Shown here: positions 28,993 to 39,770 of the stretch, in pieces | Numbering within the stretch: the first letter of the stretch is position 1 | How the letters are laid out: each line of letters starts with the position of its first letter | Source of the DNA: a virus | Taxonomy: Duplodnaviria; Heunggongvirae; Uroviricota; Caudoviricetes | Length of the DNA: 64,000 nucleotides | Virus record (IMG/VR): IMGVR_UViG_3300000304_000005 | Coordinates: 1 to 64,000 of that record | Direction: 5' to 3' (one strand) | The notes under the pieces: model-generated | Databases searched by the model: none | Told to the model about the DNA's origin: nothing | What the model saw: the letters and a program-made list of their open reading frames with translations, nothing else | Program-made: the position numbers and the translations under genes

Positions 28993-31900
28993 TTTTCATA
29001 AGCACACACATTACTCGAATTTGCGAAGTCTTGATTGTATCTCGAAACCAGAAGATTATATGAAACGTGCGGTAGAATTAGGGCATAAAGAATATGTAAC
29101 TACTGAACATGGATTTCAATCAAACATTTATGAGGCATATACACTTTGCCAGAAGTACGGACTTAAATGCGTATACGGAGTCGAAGCGTATTATGTAGAT
29201 GATATATACGATAAAACTTCTCGTGCTAACTACCATATTGTTTTGATTGCTTTAACTGAAAAGGCACGCAAAGAAATCAATAAAATTATGTCCATTGCAA
29301 ATACAGATGGATTTTATTATAAGCCGCGTATTGACCTTAAATGCCTATTATCGCTTACACCTACAGATACAATTGTAACTACCGCATGTGTTGCATCTCG
29401 TATGTTTAAAGATGGCTGGGAAAAGAAATTTCTTATTCCCGTCTATAATCATTTTAAAGATAATTTTTATCTCGAAGTGCAAAATCATAACGAATCTATT
29501 CAGATTGAACACAATAAAAAGCTATTACAAGTTAAAGACAAATATGGTATCAAGCTAATTCATGCAAACGATAGTCATTATATTTATCCTAAAGATGCAA
29601 AATATCGTGATTTGTTTTTAAAAGCCAAAGGAATCGTGTACGAAGATGAAAGTAACTTTATACTTGATTATCCTGATTATGACACTGTTGTTCAACGATA
29701 CAAAGAGCAAGGCGTGCTTAATGACGAACAGATTCAAGAAGCATTAGATAATACGTTAATTATCGACAAGGCAGAAGGAATTACTATCAATAAAGAATTT
29801 AAAATTCCAAAAATATCAGATGGAGATAGTAATAAAGCTTTACGTAAAATTTTACGGAATGCGTGGAAAGAAGAAAAGAAAAAGATTTCTACTGATAGAA
29901 TTAAAGAATATGAAAACGCTATTTATTATGAAACGAAAATCGTAAAAAATTGTGGAATGGCGGACTACTTTATTCTCGACCATGAAATTGTAAAAAAGGC
30001 TGTGAATGAATATGGTGCGGTTCTAACAAGAAGCGGTCGTGGCTCTGCTGTATCATTTTATATCAACCATCTTCTTGGTCTTACCGAAGTTGACCGTCTG
30101 AACTCGCCAATCACCCTATATCCAACTAGGTTTATGAGCGCAGAACGAATTCTTTCATCCCGTTCATTACCGGATATTGACCTTAATTTTGCAGATGTAA
30201 AACCCGTTATTAAAGCGTCGAAAGATATTTTAGGCGATGATGGCATTTATTATATGATTGCTTATAAGCCATTACAGGAAGCGTCGGCATTTAGACTTTG
30301 GTGTAAAGCTATCGGAATGCATATTGATGAATATAACGATGTAGCTAAGAATATGGATTCATATATAGAAGATAGAAAATGGGGAAAAATAATTGAAGAT
30401 AGCAAGGTATTCAGAAAAGTTATTGAAAGTGTAGCTCCATCTCCATGTTCCTTTTTGCTTCTAGATAAACCCATATCTGAAGAAGTTGGCCTTATCAAAG
30501 TAGGAGATGAAATTTGCTGTGCTATCGATGGTTACAACTGTGATGTATATAAGTTTCTTAAGAACGATTATCTAACGGTTTCTGTATATCGTATTATTTC
30601 TATGGTGTATGAATTAATTGGTAGACCAATCGATGATATTGAAACACTTCTATCAAATTGCGATGATAAAGTATGGGATATCTATGCAAAAGGCTTAACC
30701 ACTACGGTTAACCAGTGTGATTCTGATATCGGCAAGAATATGTTGAAGCAATATCAGCCTAAAACACTAGCAGAAATTTCAGCATGGGTAGCTGCGATTC
30801 GTCCGGGGTTTGCTTCTTTGCTTAATAATTTTCTTGAACGCAAGCCATATTCTACAGGTGTAGATTCTCTTGATGAAATTCTTGAAGATTCATTCCATTA
30901 TTTGTTATACCAAGAGTCTATCATGAAATATCTTGTTTGGTTAGGTATCGAGGAAAAGGGAACATATGATATCATCAAGAAGATTGCCAAAAAGAAATTC
31001 ACGCCACAAGAGCAAGAAGAATTACATAAGAAACTCGAAGAAGGTTGGGTAAAAAAATTAGGAACAAATGAAGGGTTTGCACAAACATGGCAGGTCGTTC
31101 AGGATGCTGCAAGGTATTCTTTTAATGCATCACATTCTCTCAGTGTAGCAATCGATAGTCTTTATGGAGCTTATTTAAAATCTCATTATCCGCTTGAATA
31201 TTTTACAGTTGTGCTATCCCTATATGCAGACGATAACGATAGAACTCCAAAATTGATTTCAGAATTACCGTATTTTGGAGTATCTTTGAAGCCTATTAAG
31301 TTTGGTAAATCAAGCGCTGATTACACGATGGATAAGAATACCAACTCAATCTATCGTGGTATCGCGTCTGTTAAATATTGCAACGCTCAAATTGCAGATG
31401 AACTTATGCAGCTATCGAAAACCCACTATGATTCATTCATCGATTTGCTTTACGATATCGACAACAAAACCTCGGTCAATTCCCGACAATTAGAAATTTT
31501 AACGAAGTTGAATTTCTTTTCTGATTTTGGTAAGAACAAACGCCTTCTTCGAATCATAGATATCTATGATAAATTTGCAAATGCAAAAATCATTTCGAAG
31601 AAGAAGCTTGATGGCCTTGATATTTCAGAGTTTCTAATTAAAAAATATGCCGGTAAAGAAACTAAATCTCAATATCGAGAGCTTGACAATGCCGGACTGA
31701 TGAAGGAACTGTGCAATCGAATCGATGATGATTCTATGAATATCGTAGACCAAGTGAAGGCTGAGAACGAATATCTTGGAAGCGTAAGCTATACTAATCC
31801 AAAAGTAAAAGGCTATTACTGGATTGTGACAATGTTTAATGATTCTCGTAACTCAACTAGACCATATGTAACTATTCGTCGTATATGTAATGGCGAAGAA

Positions 31901-32083
31901 ATTCAAACTAGAATCAAGCGGGCTTCTGTATTTAAAGAACAACCGTTCGGTTTATATTCTATTTTGCGAATGGACAAGATTGTATATGAGCCGAAGAAAA
32001 AGAAAATGCCTGATGGAACTTGGGTTGATAGCGATGTAACAGAGCCTATCTTGTGCGGATATGAAACAATCAAGAAGGAGTAA
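28943..32083 (+). CDS. dnaE: DNA polymerase III alpha subunit (PHP + polymerase core)
   Basis: PHP domain HKHTHYSNLRSLD...TTEHG...GVEAYYVDD. 1046 aa. Confidence 0.7.
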   Translation: MIKDSRWNFLSMQRYINFHKHTHYSNLRSLDCISKPEDYMKRAVELGHKEYVTTEHGFQSNIYEAYTLCQKYGLKCVYGVEAYYVDDIYDKTSRANYHIVLIALTEKARKEINKIMSIANTDGFYYKPRIDLKCLLSLTPTDTIVTTACVASRMFKDGWEKKFLIPVYNHFKDNFYLEVQNHNESIQIEHNKKLLQVKDKYGIKLIHANDSHYIYPKDAKYRDLFLKAKGIVYEDESNFILDYPDYDTVVQRYKEQGVLNDEQIQEALDNTLIIDKAEGITINKEFKIPKISDGDSNKALRKILRNAWKEEKKKISTDRIKEYENAIYYETKIVKNCGMADYFILDHEIVKKAVNEYGAVLTRSGRGSAVSFYINHLLGLTEVDRLNSPITLYPTRFMSAERILSSRSLPDIDLNFADVKPVIKASKDILGDDGIYYMIAYKPLQEASAFRLWCKAIGMHIDEYNDVAKNMDSYIEDRKWGKIIEDSKVFRKVIESVAPSPCSFLLLDKPISEEVGLIKVGDEICCAIDGYNCDVYKFLKNDYLTVSVYRIISMVYELIGRPIDDIETLLSNCDDKVWDIYAKGLTTTVNQCDSDIGKNMLKQYQPKTLAEISAWVAAIRPGFASLLNNFLERKPYSTGVDSLDEILEDSFHYLLYQESIMKYLVWLGIEEKGTYDIIKKIAKKKFTPQEQEELHKKLEEGWVKKLGTNEGFAQTWQVVQDAARYSFNASHSLSVAIDSLYGAYLKSHYPLEYFTVVLSLYADDNDRTPKLISELPYFGVSLKPIKFGKSSADYTMDKNTNSIYRGIASVKYCNAQIADELMQLSKTHYDSFIDLLYDIDNKTSVNSRQLEILTKLNFFSDFGKNKRLLRIIDIYDKFANAKIISKKKLDGLDISEFLIKKYAGKETKSQYRELDNAGLMKELCNRIDDDSMNIVDQVKAENEYLGSVSYTNPKVKGYYWIVTMFNDSRNSTRPYVTIRRICNGEEIQTRIKRASVFKEQPFGLYSILRMDKIVYEPKKKKMPDGTWVDSDVTEPILCGYETIKKE

Positions 32084-32092
32084 CGCAAGAAG

Positions 32093-34417
32093 ATGTATAA
32101 GAATAAGAATCAAAATCCATCGGTTAAATTCAAGGCAACTGTTATCAGAGCTATTTATGAAAAAGATGGATTCGGTATCTATGCTACGCAGGTAAGCACA
32201 CGTGCATATCCATTTCTTAAGTTGAACCAGTATGGCAATGTAAGCATCATGGGAGATATTGCGCCATTAACCATCGGTGTTGAATATGAAATCACGGCAT
32301 CAGAAGAAGAAGCGAAATATGGATATCAGTATAGAGTATCCAATATTTGTCGCGATGTACCAGTAGGACAAGAAGCTGTACGTGCATTTCTAAATGAAAT
32401 TCTTACTGTGAATCAGGCTGATGAATTGTATAGTAAATATCCCGATATCATCGAACGTGTTCGTAAAGATAAACTTGATGATATTGATTTATCTCAATTG
32501 CATGGTATCGGTGAATATACATTTAATAAAATCGTTGAAAAGATTACAAAGAATTTTCATTTAGCGGATATTGTCGCAGAATTTAAAGGTGTATTGACTT
32601 TAAACATGATGAATAAACTATATGATAGATATGGTTCTATTCAAAATATCAAAAAACAATTGAAGAAAGCTCCGTATAGTGCGTTGACAAATATTGATGG
32701 AGTCGGATTTAAAATTGCAAATTCAATTATCCTTACATTGCAAGACGAAGGAATATTTGATTTTGGATTTGATATCAAAACAAGTGTCGATAGATGTTCC
32801 GCATGCATTATTTACCTTCTCAGAGAAAACGAGAAGGAGGGGCATACAAAGATGAATCTTTGGGATGTAAAAAAACAATGTGAAGACCTTGTTCCGATGT
32901 GTGCAGATAAGTTCTATCAGGCACTGGATAACAACGATATCTATTACAATATTGATAGTGCAGAGGTTGCAATTCAAAGCACGCATATAAAGGAAGCTTA
33001 TATCGCTCAAATTATCATTGATAATATAAACAACATTAATCTGTGGAAATGTGATATAAAGAAATATAAAAATATTAACGAGATAGAACTTACAGATGAA
33101 CAATTAAAAGTTGTACAAAACGTATGCATGTATCCAATTAGTATCCTGAATGGCCCTGCCGGTTCGGGAAAGACAGCTAGTACGCAGGCAATTATCGCAA
33201 TGCTTGATGACTTGGGAAAGACATACAAAATCATGTCACCAACCGGTAAAGCTGCTAAGGTTATCAGCGAATATACTGGACGTGAAGCAACAACTATTCA
33301 TCGCGGCTTGGGCTATGGTCCTCCAACGAAATTAAATCCTGCCGGTGTATGGTATTATAATGACCAGCATAAAGTGCAAGAAGACGTTATGATTATCGAT
33401 GAGGTTTCAATGGTGGATGTCAATTTATTCTATCGTCTTATATCGGCAATTGACTTTACACATACAAAACTTCTTATGATTGGAGACAATGCGCAGCTGC
33501 CATCTGTCGGCTGCGGAAACATACTTCATGACTTTATGCAAAGCAATTTGATTCCAACGGTAACGCTAGCAAAAATTTTCCGATATGGAGAAGGCGGCTT
33601 AATGAAAGTTGCTACAGATATCCGTATGGGGAAACGATATCTTGATTCATCAATGAAAGACAAGAAAACGTTGTTTGGCAAGAACGGCGATTATGTATTC
33701 TTAGATGTTGCGCCTGAGAAATCAGTTAGAATCGCTGTAGAAATTTATAAGAAACTGATAGAATCAGGATGCAAAATTGAAGATGTACAAGTTATTACAC
33801 CTAAAAATGTGGGTAAATATGGAACTGTCGAGCTTAATAAGCTTCTTCAACTTGTTGCAAATCCGAATGCAAAAGATAAAGATGCAATATGTATGACGTT
33901 CGATAATGTTGTATATTATGAGGGCGATTTAATTATCGAAACAAAAAACAATTATGATGCTCCATTATCTCCTGATTATCCTATTCCTAGCTATATTTTC
34001 GTACCAGACGATGAAGAAATTGTACCTACGGCATTTATCGCAAATGGTGAAAACGGTATAGTTAAGAAAGTTGGTAAAAATTTCATCGATATTGCATTCG
34101 GCGATGTCGTTGTTCGATATGATAGGGCTATGGCACAAATGATTAATCTTGGATATGCAATCACTTGTCATAAATCGCAGGGTTCATCTATTAATAACGT
34201 TATTTTAATCACCACTCAATCCGATATCTTCACTCTTAATTCAAATCTTGTATATGTTGGCTGCACACGAGCGAGAAATCGTTGTTTCCATATTGGTTCG
34301 GTAGATACAATGAATAAAGTTATTAAAAAGAAAATTAATCTTACTCGTCATACATTTATGCAGCAATTACTTAGAGAATATGTAAAAAATATGAAGGCAC
34401 AAAATACAAATAATTAA
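32093..34417 (+). CDS. RecD/Dda-like SF1 helicase
   Basis: Walker A ILNGPAGSGKT, Walker B MIIDEVSMVD, motif V/VI ITCHKSQGSSINNVILI. Confidence 0.65.
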   Translation: MYKNKNQNPSVKFKATVIRAIYEKDGFGIYATQVSTRAYPFLKLNQYGNVSIMGDIAPLTIGVEYEITASEEEAKYGYQYRVSNICRDVPVGQEAVRAFLNEILTVNQADELYSKYPDIIERVRKDKLDDIDLSQLHGIGEYTFNKIVEKITKNFHLADIVAEFKGVLTLNMMNKLYDRYGSIQNIKKQLKKAPYSALTNIDGVGFKIANSIILTLQDEGIFDFGFDIKTSVDRCSACIIYLLRENEKEGHTKMNLWDVKKQCEDLVPMCADKFYQALDNNDIYYNIDSAEVAIQSTHIKEAYIAQIIIDNINNINLWKCDIKKYKNINEIELTDEQLKVVQNVCMYPISILNGPAGSGKTASTQAIIAMLDDLGKTYKIMSPTGKAAKVISEYTGREATTIHRGLGYGPPTKLNPAGVWYYNDQHKVQEDVMIIDEVSMVDVNLFYRLISAIDFTHTKLLMIGDNAQLPSVGCGNILHDFMQSNLIPTVTLAKIFRYGEGGLMKVATDIRMGKRYLDSSMKDKKTLFGKNGDYVFLDVAPEKSVRIAVEIYKKLIESGCKIEDVQVITPKNVGKYGTVELNKLLQLVANPNAKDKDAICMTFDNVVYYEGDLIIETKNNYDAPLSPDYPIPSYIFVPDDEEIVPTAFIANGENGIVKKVGKNFIDIAFGDVVVRYDRAMAQMINLGYAITCHKSQGSSINNVILITTQSDIFTLNSNLVYVGCTRARNRCFHIGSVDTMNKVIKKKINLTRHTFMQQLLREYVKNMKAQNTNN

Positions 34418-34418
34418 A

Positions 34419-34461
34419 CAATGACGGTTGGTGTACAATACAAGTATGCCAACTGTCATTG
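34419..34461 (+). terminator. hairpin terminator-like element
   Basis: 13-bp stem CAATGACGGTTGG/CCAACTGTCATTG after the helicase stop. Confidence 0.4.
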
Positions 34462-34492
34462 TTATATGCTATAAAAATAAAAAAGGAGTAGT

Positions 34493-35440
34493 GTGAAAAG
34501 TTCAACTATAACTATGCTTTGTGGCTTACCGGCTTCAGGCAAATCAACATATGCAAAGAAACTTGCAAAAGATATGAATGCAATAATCATTAGTTCCGAT
34601 GCATTGCGATTAGAGATGTTTGGTGACGAGACGGACCAAAACTATAATCAGCAGGTATTTCAAGAGCTTCATAAAAGAGCAAAAAAACATCTGCGTGCTG
34701 GTAGAAACATAATTTATGATTCTACGAATATATCATCTAAACGCAGGCGAGGATTTCTCAATGAGCTTAAGAATATCGATTGCCGTAAGGAATGCATTAT
34801 TATAGCAACTCCATATGAACAATGCCTTGAGAACAATAGGAACAGAGAGCGCAAAGTTCCAGAATGGGTAATCGAGAAAATGTATCGCAAGTGGCAAACC
34901 CCACATACATTTGAGGGTTTTGATAAGGTTGATATTAAATATTGGGACAATGAACATTTTGTAGAAGAAACAGATATTGTGAATTCTCTTCTTGATTTTG
35001 ACCAGCAAAATCCTCATCATTCACTTACTCTTGGTGAACATTTACTGAAGACATGGCAAACATGTCACCTTAATGATTTTAATCTTATTGATTCTTTGGA
35101 TATTTTAAGCGCATGTCTCGTGCATGATTGTGGCAAACCATTTGTTAAGACGTTTACCAATGTAAAAGGAGAGGCCACAAATATCGCACATTATTATGAC
35201 CATGAACATGTATCAGCATATGAATCATTGTTTATACAGCAAGGTGTTCTAAAAGAAGGCTGGGATTATATTGCTCCAAATATCGTGAATGTTTCTGCTC
35301 TTGTTACATGGCATATGCAACCCTACTATTGGGAGAAAGACAACAACGAAAAGCTCCGAAATAAATACAAAAAGATTTGGGGAGAAGAACTTTATCGTTC
35401 TATTATGGCGTTACACGAAGCAGATAAAGCTGCGCATTAA
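34493..35440 (+). CDS. polynucleotide kinase (P-loop) fused to HD-domain phosphohydrolase
   Basis: N-terminal MLCGLPASGKSTYAKKLA ... RNRERKVPEWVIEKMYRKWQTP (T4 Pnk-like kinase). C-terminal HD motifs HHSLTLGEH ... LVHDCGKP ... D. Confidence 0.6.
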   Translation: MKSSTITMLCGLPASGKSTYAKKLAKDMNAIIISSDALRLEMFGDETDQNYNQQVFQELHKRAKKHLRAGRNIIYDSTNISSKRRRGFLNELKNIDCRKECIIIATPYEQCLENNRNRERKVPEWVIEKMYRKWQTPHTFEGFDKVDIKYWDNEHFVEETDIVNSLLDFDQQNPHHSLTLGEHLLKTWQTCHLNDFNLIDSLDILSACLVHDCGKPFVKTFTNVKGEATNIAHYYDHEHVSAYESLFIQQGVLKEGWDYIAPNIVNVSALVTWHMQPYYWEKDNNEKLRNKYKKIWGEELYRSIMALHEADKAAH

Positions 35441-35456
35441 ATATGGAGTATAATAT

Positions 35457-36170
35457 ATGAATTTAACAGGTCGTGTTTTTGATAGATTAACCGTAGTAAA
35501 AAGAGCCGAAGATATTGTATATCCTAATGGTAGAAAAGTGCCACAATGGTTATGTGAATGTAACTGTGACGAAAAAACAAATATAATTGTACGTCAAGAC
35601 TCATTATTGAATAAAAGATGTAGGTCTTGTGGTTGTCTAAAAAGAGAAACAACTAGTAAACGATTTAAGAAGTATAATACATATGATTTGTCTGGTGAAT
35701 ATGGTATTGGCTACACGTAAAAAGAAGAAGAGTTTTATTTTGACTTAGAAGATTACGATAAAATAAAAGATTATTGTTGGTGTATAAATCAAGATGGGTA
35801 TGTGTTCAATAGTAGTTCTAGAATACTCATGCATAGATTAGTAACCGATTGTCCGCAAAATATGTTTGTAGACCATCAGCATGGAGAAGAAAGCAGAAAC
35901 GATAATAGGAAGACAAATTTAAGAATATGTACTGTACAAGAAAACAATAGGAACCATAAAATATGCGAAAGAAACACGTCTGGTGTAACTGGTGTTAGCT
36001 TTGATAAAACAAGAAACAAATGGGAGGCCAGTATAAAGTTCAATAATAAGAATTATAAAAAGCGCTTTGATTCTTTTGATGATGCCGTAACACAACGTAA
36101 AAAATGGGAAGATGACTTTTTTGGAGAATATAGTTATTATAATAGCCAAAAAACCAACAGAAAGGAATGA
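35457..36170 (+). pseudogene. HNH-AP2 homing endonuclease paralog with in-frame TAA stop at 35718-35720
   Basis: ORFs 35457..35720 and 35802..36170 share one frame. The translation across the stop aligns with the intact paralog 19850..20611 (YDLSGEYGIGYT*KEEEFYFDLEDYDKIKDYCW vs YDLSREYGVGYTSKGEEFWFDLEDYDKIKDYCW). Confidence 0.55.
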
Positions 36171-36745
36171 CAATGATTCAAATCAGACAGAGTGTGTTCG
36201 AAACAAACTCATCATCGACTCACAGCATTTGCATTCAGAAGAATCCTGTAGATGCAGACTATAGAGAAATCACATTTAGTTTAGGTGAGTTTGGATGGAA
36301 CGAGGGCATTGCAAATTTTGGTGATTACCTATATACCGCTATCATGTGTAATAATACCTCTGATTCAAAAGACAACAAGCTTCTTAAGAAACTTAAAGAC
36401 ATTCTTGATAAACATCATATTCGATATTGTTTTGAAAAGCCTATCTATGATGATAAATATGGTTGGTTATCTAATGGGTATATCGACCATTCATATAATC
36501 TTGGTGACTTTGTAGATATTGTACTTAATGATGAAGACCTTCTTCTTCGTGGCCTATTTGGCGAAGATAGCGTGGTATATACGGGCAACGACAATACCGA
36601 TTATGAAGATAATCTGTGCGGTATAGCATGCGACTATATTTGGGTAAAAGATAAAGACGAAAATTGGGTTAAAAAGAAAGTAGGAAATTGGGATAATCCG
36701 TATTATGACCCAGATAACTTTGATTATTTTTATAAGGATAATTGA
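36167..36745 (+). CDS. hypothetical protein, family with N-terminal VFETNSSSTHSI motif (copy 1)
   Basis: 192-aa ORF. N-terminus IRQSVFETNSSSTHSICI. Confidence 0.45.
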   Translation: MTMIQIRQSVFETNSSSTHSICIQKNPVDADYREITFSLGEFGWNEGIANFGDYLYTAIMCNNTSDSKDNKLLKKLKDILDKHHIRYCFEKPIYDDKYGWLSNGYIDHSYNLGDFVDIVLNDEDLLLRGLFGEDSVVYTGNDNTDYEDNLCGIACDYIWVKDKDENWVKKKVGNWDNPYYDPDNFDYFYKDN

Positions 36746-37185
36746 TATTACATATAGGTAAGAATCTACAGAAAGGAATCAAAATGCTACAAATGCGCAA
36801 GAATGTATTCGAGACGAATTCGTCATCCACTCATTCAATTACTATGTGTACTCAAGATGAATATGATGCATGGGCAAATGGCAAGGTTCTTCTGAATGAT
36901 GGTTGGTGGAGCGGGGACAACGAGTCAGAATTCAAGGATAAGAAATTTGTAACTCGCGAAGAGGCGGAAGATATTATCAAGCACGATAAATATCATGAAC
37001 CGACAGATGAACTATCTAATCTTAGCGATGAGGAATTTGACGAATATTGTCACGATATGGATTATGGGCTATATTCAATGGATAGATATTTTGAGAACGA
37101 ATATCTTGAATGGTTTAACGAAAAGTATACGACTCCATCTGGCGAGACGGTTGTCGCATTTGGATTATACGGGCAGAATTACTAG
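36742..37185 (+). CDS. hypothetical protein, family with N-terminal VFETNSSSTHSI motif (copy 2)
   Basis: 147-aa ORF. N-terminus MRKNVFETNSSSTHSITM. Tandem paralog of 36167. Confidence 0.45.
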   Translation: MILHIGKNLQKGIKMLQMRKNVFETNSSSTHSITMCTQDEYDAWANGKVLLNDGWWSGDNESEFKDKKFVTREEAEDIIKHDKYHEPTDELSNLSDEEFDEYCHDMDYGLYSMDRYFENEYLEWFNEKYTTPSGETVVAFGLYGQNY

Positions 37186-37195
37186 GAGATAATCA

Positions 37196-37573
37196 ATGGA
37201 AGTAATTCAGGAACTTGCTAATCGGCTTGGTGTTGCTGTAGAGAATCTTTTATCTGCGTATGCTCCGTTTTGTCTCGGTACCAATATCGGCAATGTAACA
37301 TGTTCATTTATTATTTTGGTTGGCAGCATCATTGTGATGATTTTATCATTAAGAGCCATGATGCGTAATTATCGTGCGTTATGTGCCACATATGATAAGC
37401 ATATCAGTGAAAGGCCACAGGTTTGGGTATATGGCGCAATTGCAGCAATTATGATGTTTGTAATATCAATTTCCATTGCAGTTTTTGTACGCAGCCTACC
37501 ATATCTTATTGGCTGCATTATGTCTCCACAAGGAGCGGCAATTCATGAACTAATTAAGATGGTGACGAGGTAA
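37196..37573 (+). CDS. small membrane protein
   Basis: Three predicted hydrophobic helices. Confidence 0.35.
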   Translation: MEVIQELANRLGVAVENLLSAYAPFCLGTNIGNVTCSFIILVGSIIVMILSLRAMMRNYRALCATYDKHISERPQVWVYGAIAAIMMFVISISIAVFVRSLPYLIGCIMSPQGAAIHELIKMVTR

Positions 37574-37578
37574 TTAAT

Positions 37579-38484
37579 ATGGCTAATATCGTACACTATA
37601 AAAACGGAAACTATACTGTTATGCTCGACCTTGATACGGGCACAAAAATTCGTTATAACAATAAGGATAATCTTACGCCAGAGTTCCCAGAGTCGATGGA
37701 TGTTCTTATCTCAAAGCGCTGCAATAAACAATGTCCGATGTGCCATGAGCGTTGTTCGCCAGAAGGTAAGCATGCAGACATCATGCATTCTAAATTTATT
37801 GAAAATCTTCATCCGTATACAGAAATTGCGCTTAATGGCAATGAGCCACTTCATCCAGATTTGATTCCATTTCTTGATAAATGCAAATCTCTCAAACTCG
37901 TTCCATCTCTTACTGTCCATCAAGATACATTTATGAACAATTCCGATTTACTTAAAAAACTTTGCGACGAAAAACTGATTTACGGCTTAGGTGTGTCTCT
38001 TGATGATGTTTCCGATATTGATGCGTGTAATGATTTTGTTTGGAAACTAAAGGAATTTCCTAATGCTGTCATCCATGTTATTAATGGTATGGTGAAGGTT
38101 GATGACTTATGGTTCCTCGCATCGATGGGATTTAAGATTCTTATTCTTGGGTATAAGAAATTTGGACGTGGTATCGGATTCTATGGAAACTGCAATCATG
38201 AGATTGAATATTATAAGAAAAAGCTATATGATGCTCTCCCTGAAATAATTGATGAGAAGTGGTTTGAAGTTGTCAGTTTCGACAACCTAGCTATCGAGCA
38301 ACTTGATGTGAAGCGACTGATGACAGAAGATGAATGGAACAAATTCTATATGGGAGATGACGGGACGCATACGTTTTATGTAGATTTGGTGAATAATAAA
38401 TTTGCTAAGAGCAGCACATCCACTAAGCGGTATGATTTGATAGATGATGTCAAGACTATGTTCAATGTAATTAGGAACGAATGA
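37579..38484 (+). CDS. radical SAM domain protein
   Basis: CNKQCPMC (Cx3Cx2C) cluster motif near the N-terminus. 301 aa. Distinct from NrdG at 42705. Confidence 0.45.
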   Translation: MANIVHYKNGNYTVMLDLDTGTKIRYNNKDNLTPEFPESMDVLISKRCNKQCPMCHERCSPEGKHADIMHSKFIENLHPYTEIALNGNEPLHPDLIPFLDKCKSLKLVPSLTVHQDTFMNNSDLLKKLCDEKLIYGLGVSLDDVSDIDACNDFVWKLKEFPNAVIHVINGMVKVDDLWFLASMGFKILILGYKKFGRGIGFYGNCNHEIEYYKKKLYDALPEIIDEKWFEVVSFDNLAIEQLDVKRLMTEDEWNKFYMGDDGTHTFYVDLVNNKFAKSSTSTKRYDLIDDVKTMFNVIRNE

Positions 38485-38799
38485 TAAAGAAGAAGAAAAT
38501 ATGATTACTGATGATGGCCGTATTTATGGATGATTTTTTGAAGCAATCGAACTTCCAAAAGAACAATATAATTGGTGTGAATATCTTGCAAAACTTATCA
38601 TGCCAGATTCAACTTAATAGTTGAAAATCTAATGTAGATTTTGTATGATTTTTATGTAGTGTATAGAGTGGTATATTTAAGGGTACAATAGTAAACCACA
38701 AGATATGCCACTCTTAAGGCATTGAATGTACTAAATATTGTAGGTTGGCATTTTTAACAATAAAAGCCATATGTCAAAAATGAAAGGCGCGGTGATGTT

Positions 38800-39465
38800 A
38801 TGGTTGATTTCCAAATCATTAAAAAAGATGGAACACTAGAACCATACAACGAACAAAAGATTATCAATGCCTGTAAGAAAGCAGCAGCAAGAGCGCTTGA
38901 TGATTTGTCTGATGATGACTATCAGAATGTGTGCGATGCAGTAATGAGCTATATTACAGAGCATTACGATAATGGTTCTGATATTCCTGTCAAAACGATT
39001 CATTCAATCGTTGAACAAACACTAGTTGACCTATATCCTAAGACTGGCGAAGCATACCGTGAATACCGTAATTACAAAGTTGACTTTGTAGCCATGCTTG
39101 ACGATGTATATCAGAAGAGCCAGTCAATTCGATACCTCGGAGACGTAAGCAACGCAAACACAGATTCATCTATGATTTCTACGCAGCGCTCGCTTATCTA
39201 TGGACAGCTAAATAAGAATCTATATCGTAAGTTCTTTTTGAATAAAGATGAGCTTCAAGCATCAAATGATGGATACATTTATATCCATGACATGAAAGAC
39301 CGTCTCGACGGATTTAACTGTTGTTTGTTTGATATGGGGAACGTTGTTAAAAGCGGATTTGAGATGGGCAACGTCTGGTATAACGAGCCTAAGACTCTTG
39401 ATGTTGCATTCGATGTCATATCAGATGTGACTATGAGCGCGGCAAGCCAACAGTACGGTAAGTAA
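38800..39465 (+). CDS. nrdD: anaerobic ribonucleoside-triphosphate reductase, exon 1 (ATP-cone plus start of catalytic domain)
   Basis: ATP-cone MVDFQIIKKDGTLEPYNEQKIINACKKA. ORF ends at a stop right after ...QQYGK, at an intron-like boundary GGTAAG|TAAAAATTGCC. Confidence 0.6.
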   Translation: MVDFQIIKKDGTLEPYNEQKIINACKKAAARALDDLSDDDYQNVCDAVMSYITEHYDNGSDIPVKTIHSIVEQTLVDLYPKTGEAYREYRNYKVDFVAMLDDVYQKSQSIRYLGDVSNANTDSSMISTQRSLIYGQLNKNLYRKFFLNKDELQASNDGYIYIHDMKDRLDGFNCCLFDMGNVVKSGFEMGNVWYNEPKTLDVAFDVISDVTMSAASQQYGK

Positions 39466-39770
39466 AAATTGCCGTAGTAAAACCTGCTTAACCCTGCCAA
39501 GGGGTGTGTAATTATGTATATTATGCTAACGGTGAAACCTAAGTCGATAGATATGGTAATACCGTGTTATCTTTAACCAACTCCTATATAGATAAGGAGC
39601 GAAAATGATTTATGGGTTAAAGAGAATGTAGAGGACATCGAAAGGGTATCTTAATTTTAAAGCTAGAATTAAGAGAGTAACCGAGTAGAGTAAATTGCGA
39701 GATAGGCACGCAATTGAAACAGCAGGAAACGTTTAGCAAACGTTTAAGATATGTTGCAACCAAGTAACCA
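39466..39770 (+). mobile_element. group-I-like intron 1 in nrdD (ORF-less, ~305 nt)
   Basis: Non-coding insert between two nrdD-like ORF segments. Shares motifs GTAAAACCT, GGGTGTGT, ATGCTAACGG with inserts 2 and 3. Boundaries approximate. Confidence 0.45.
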
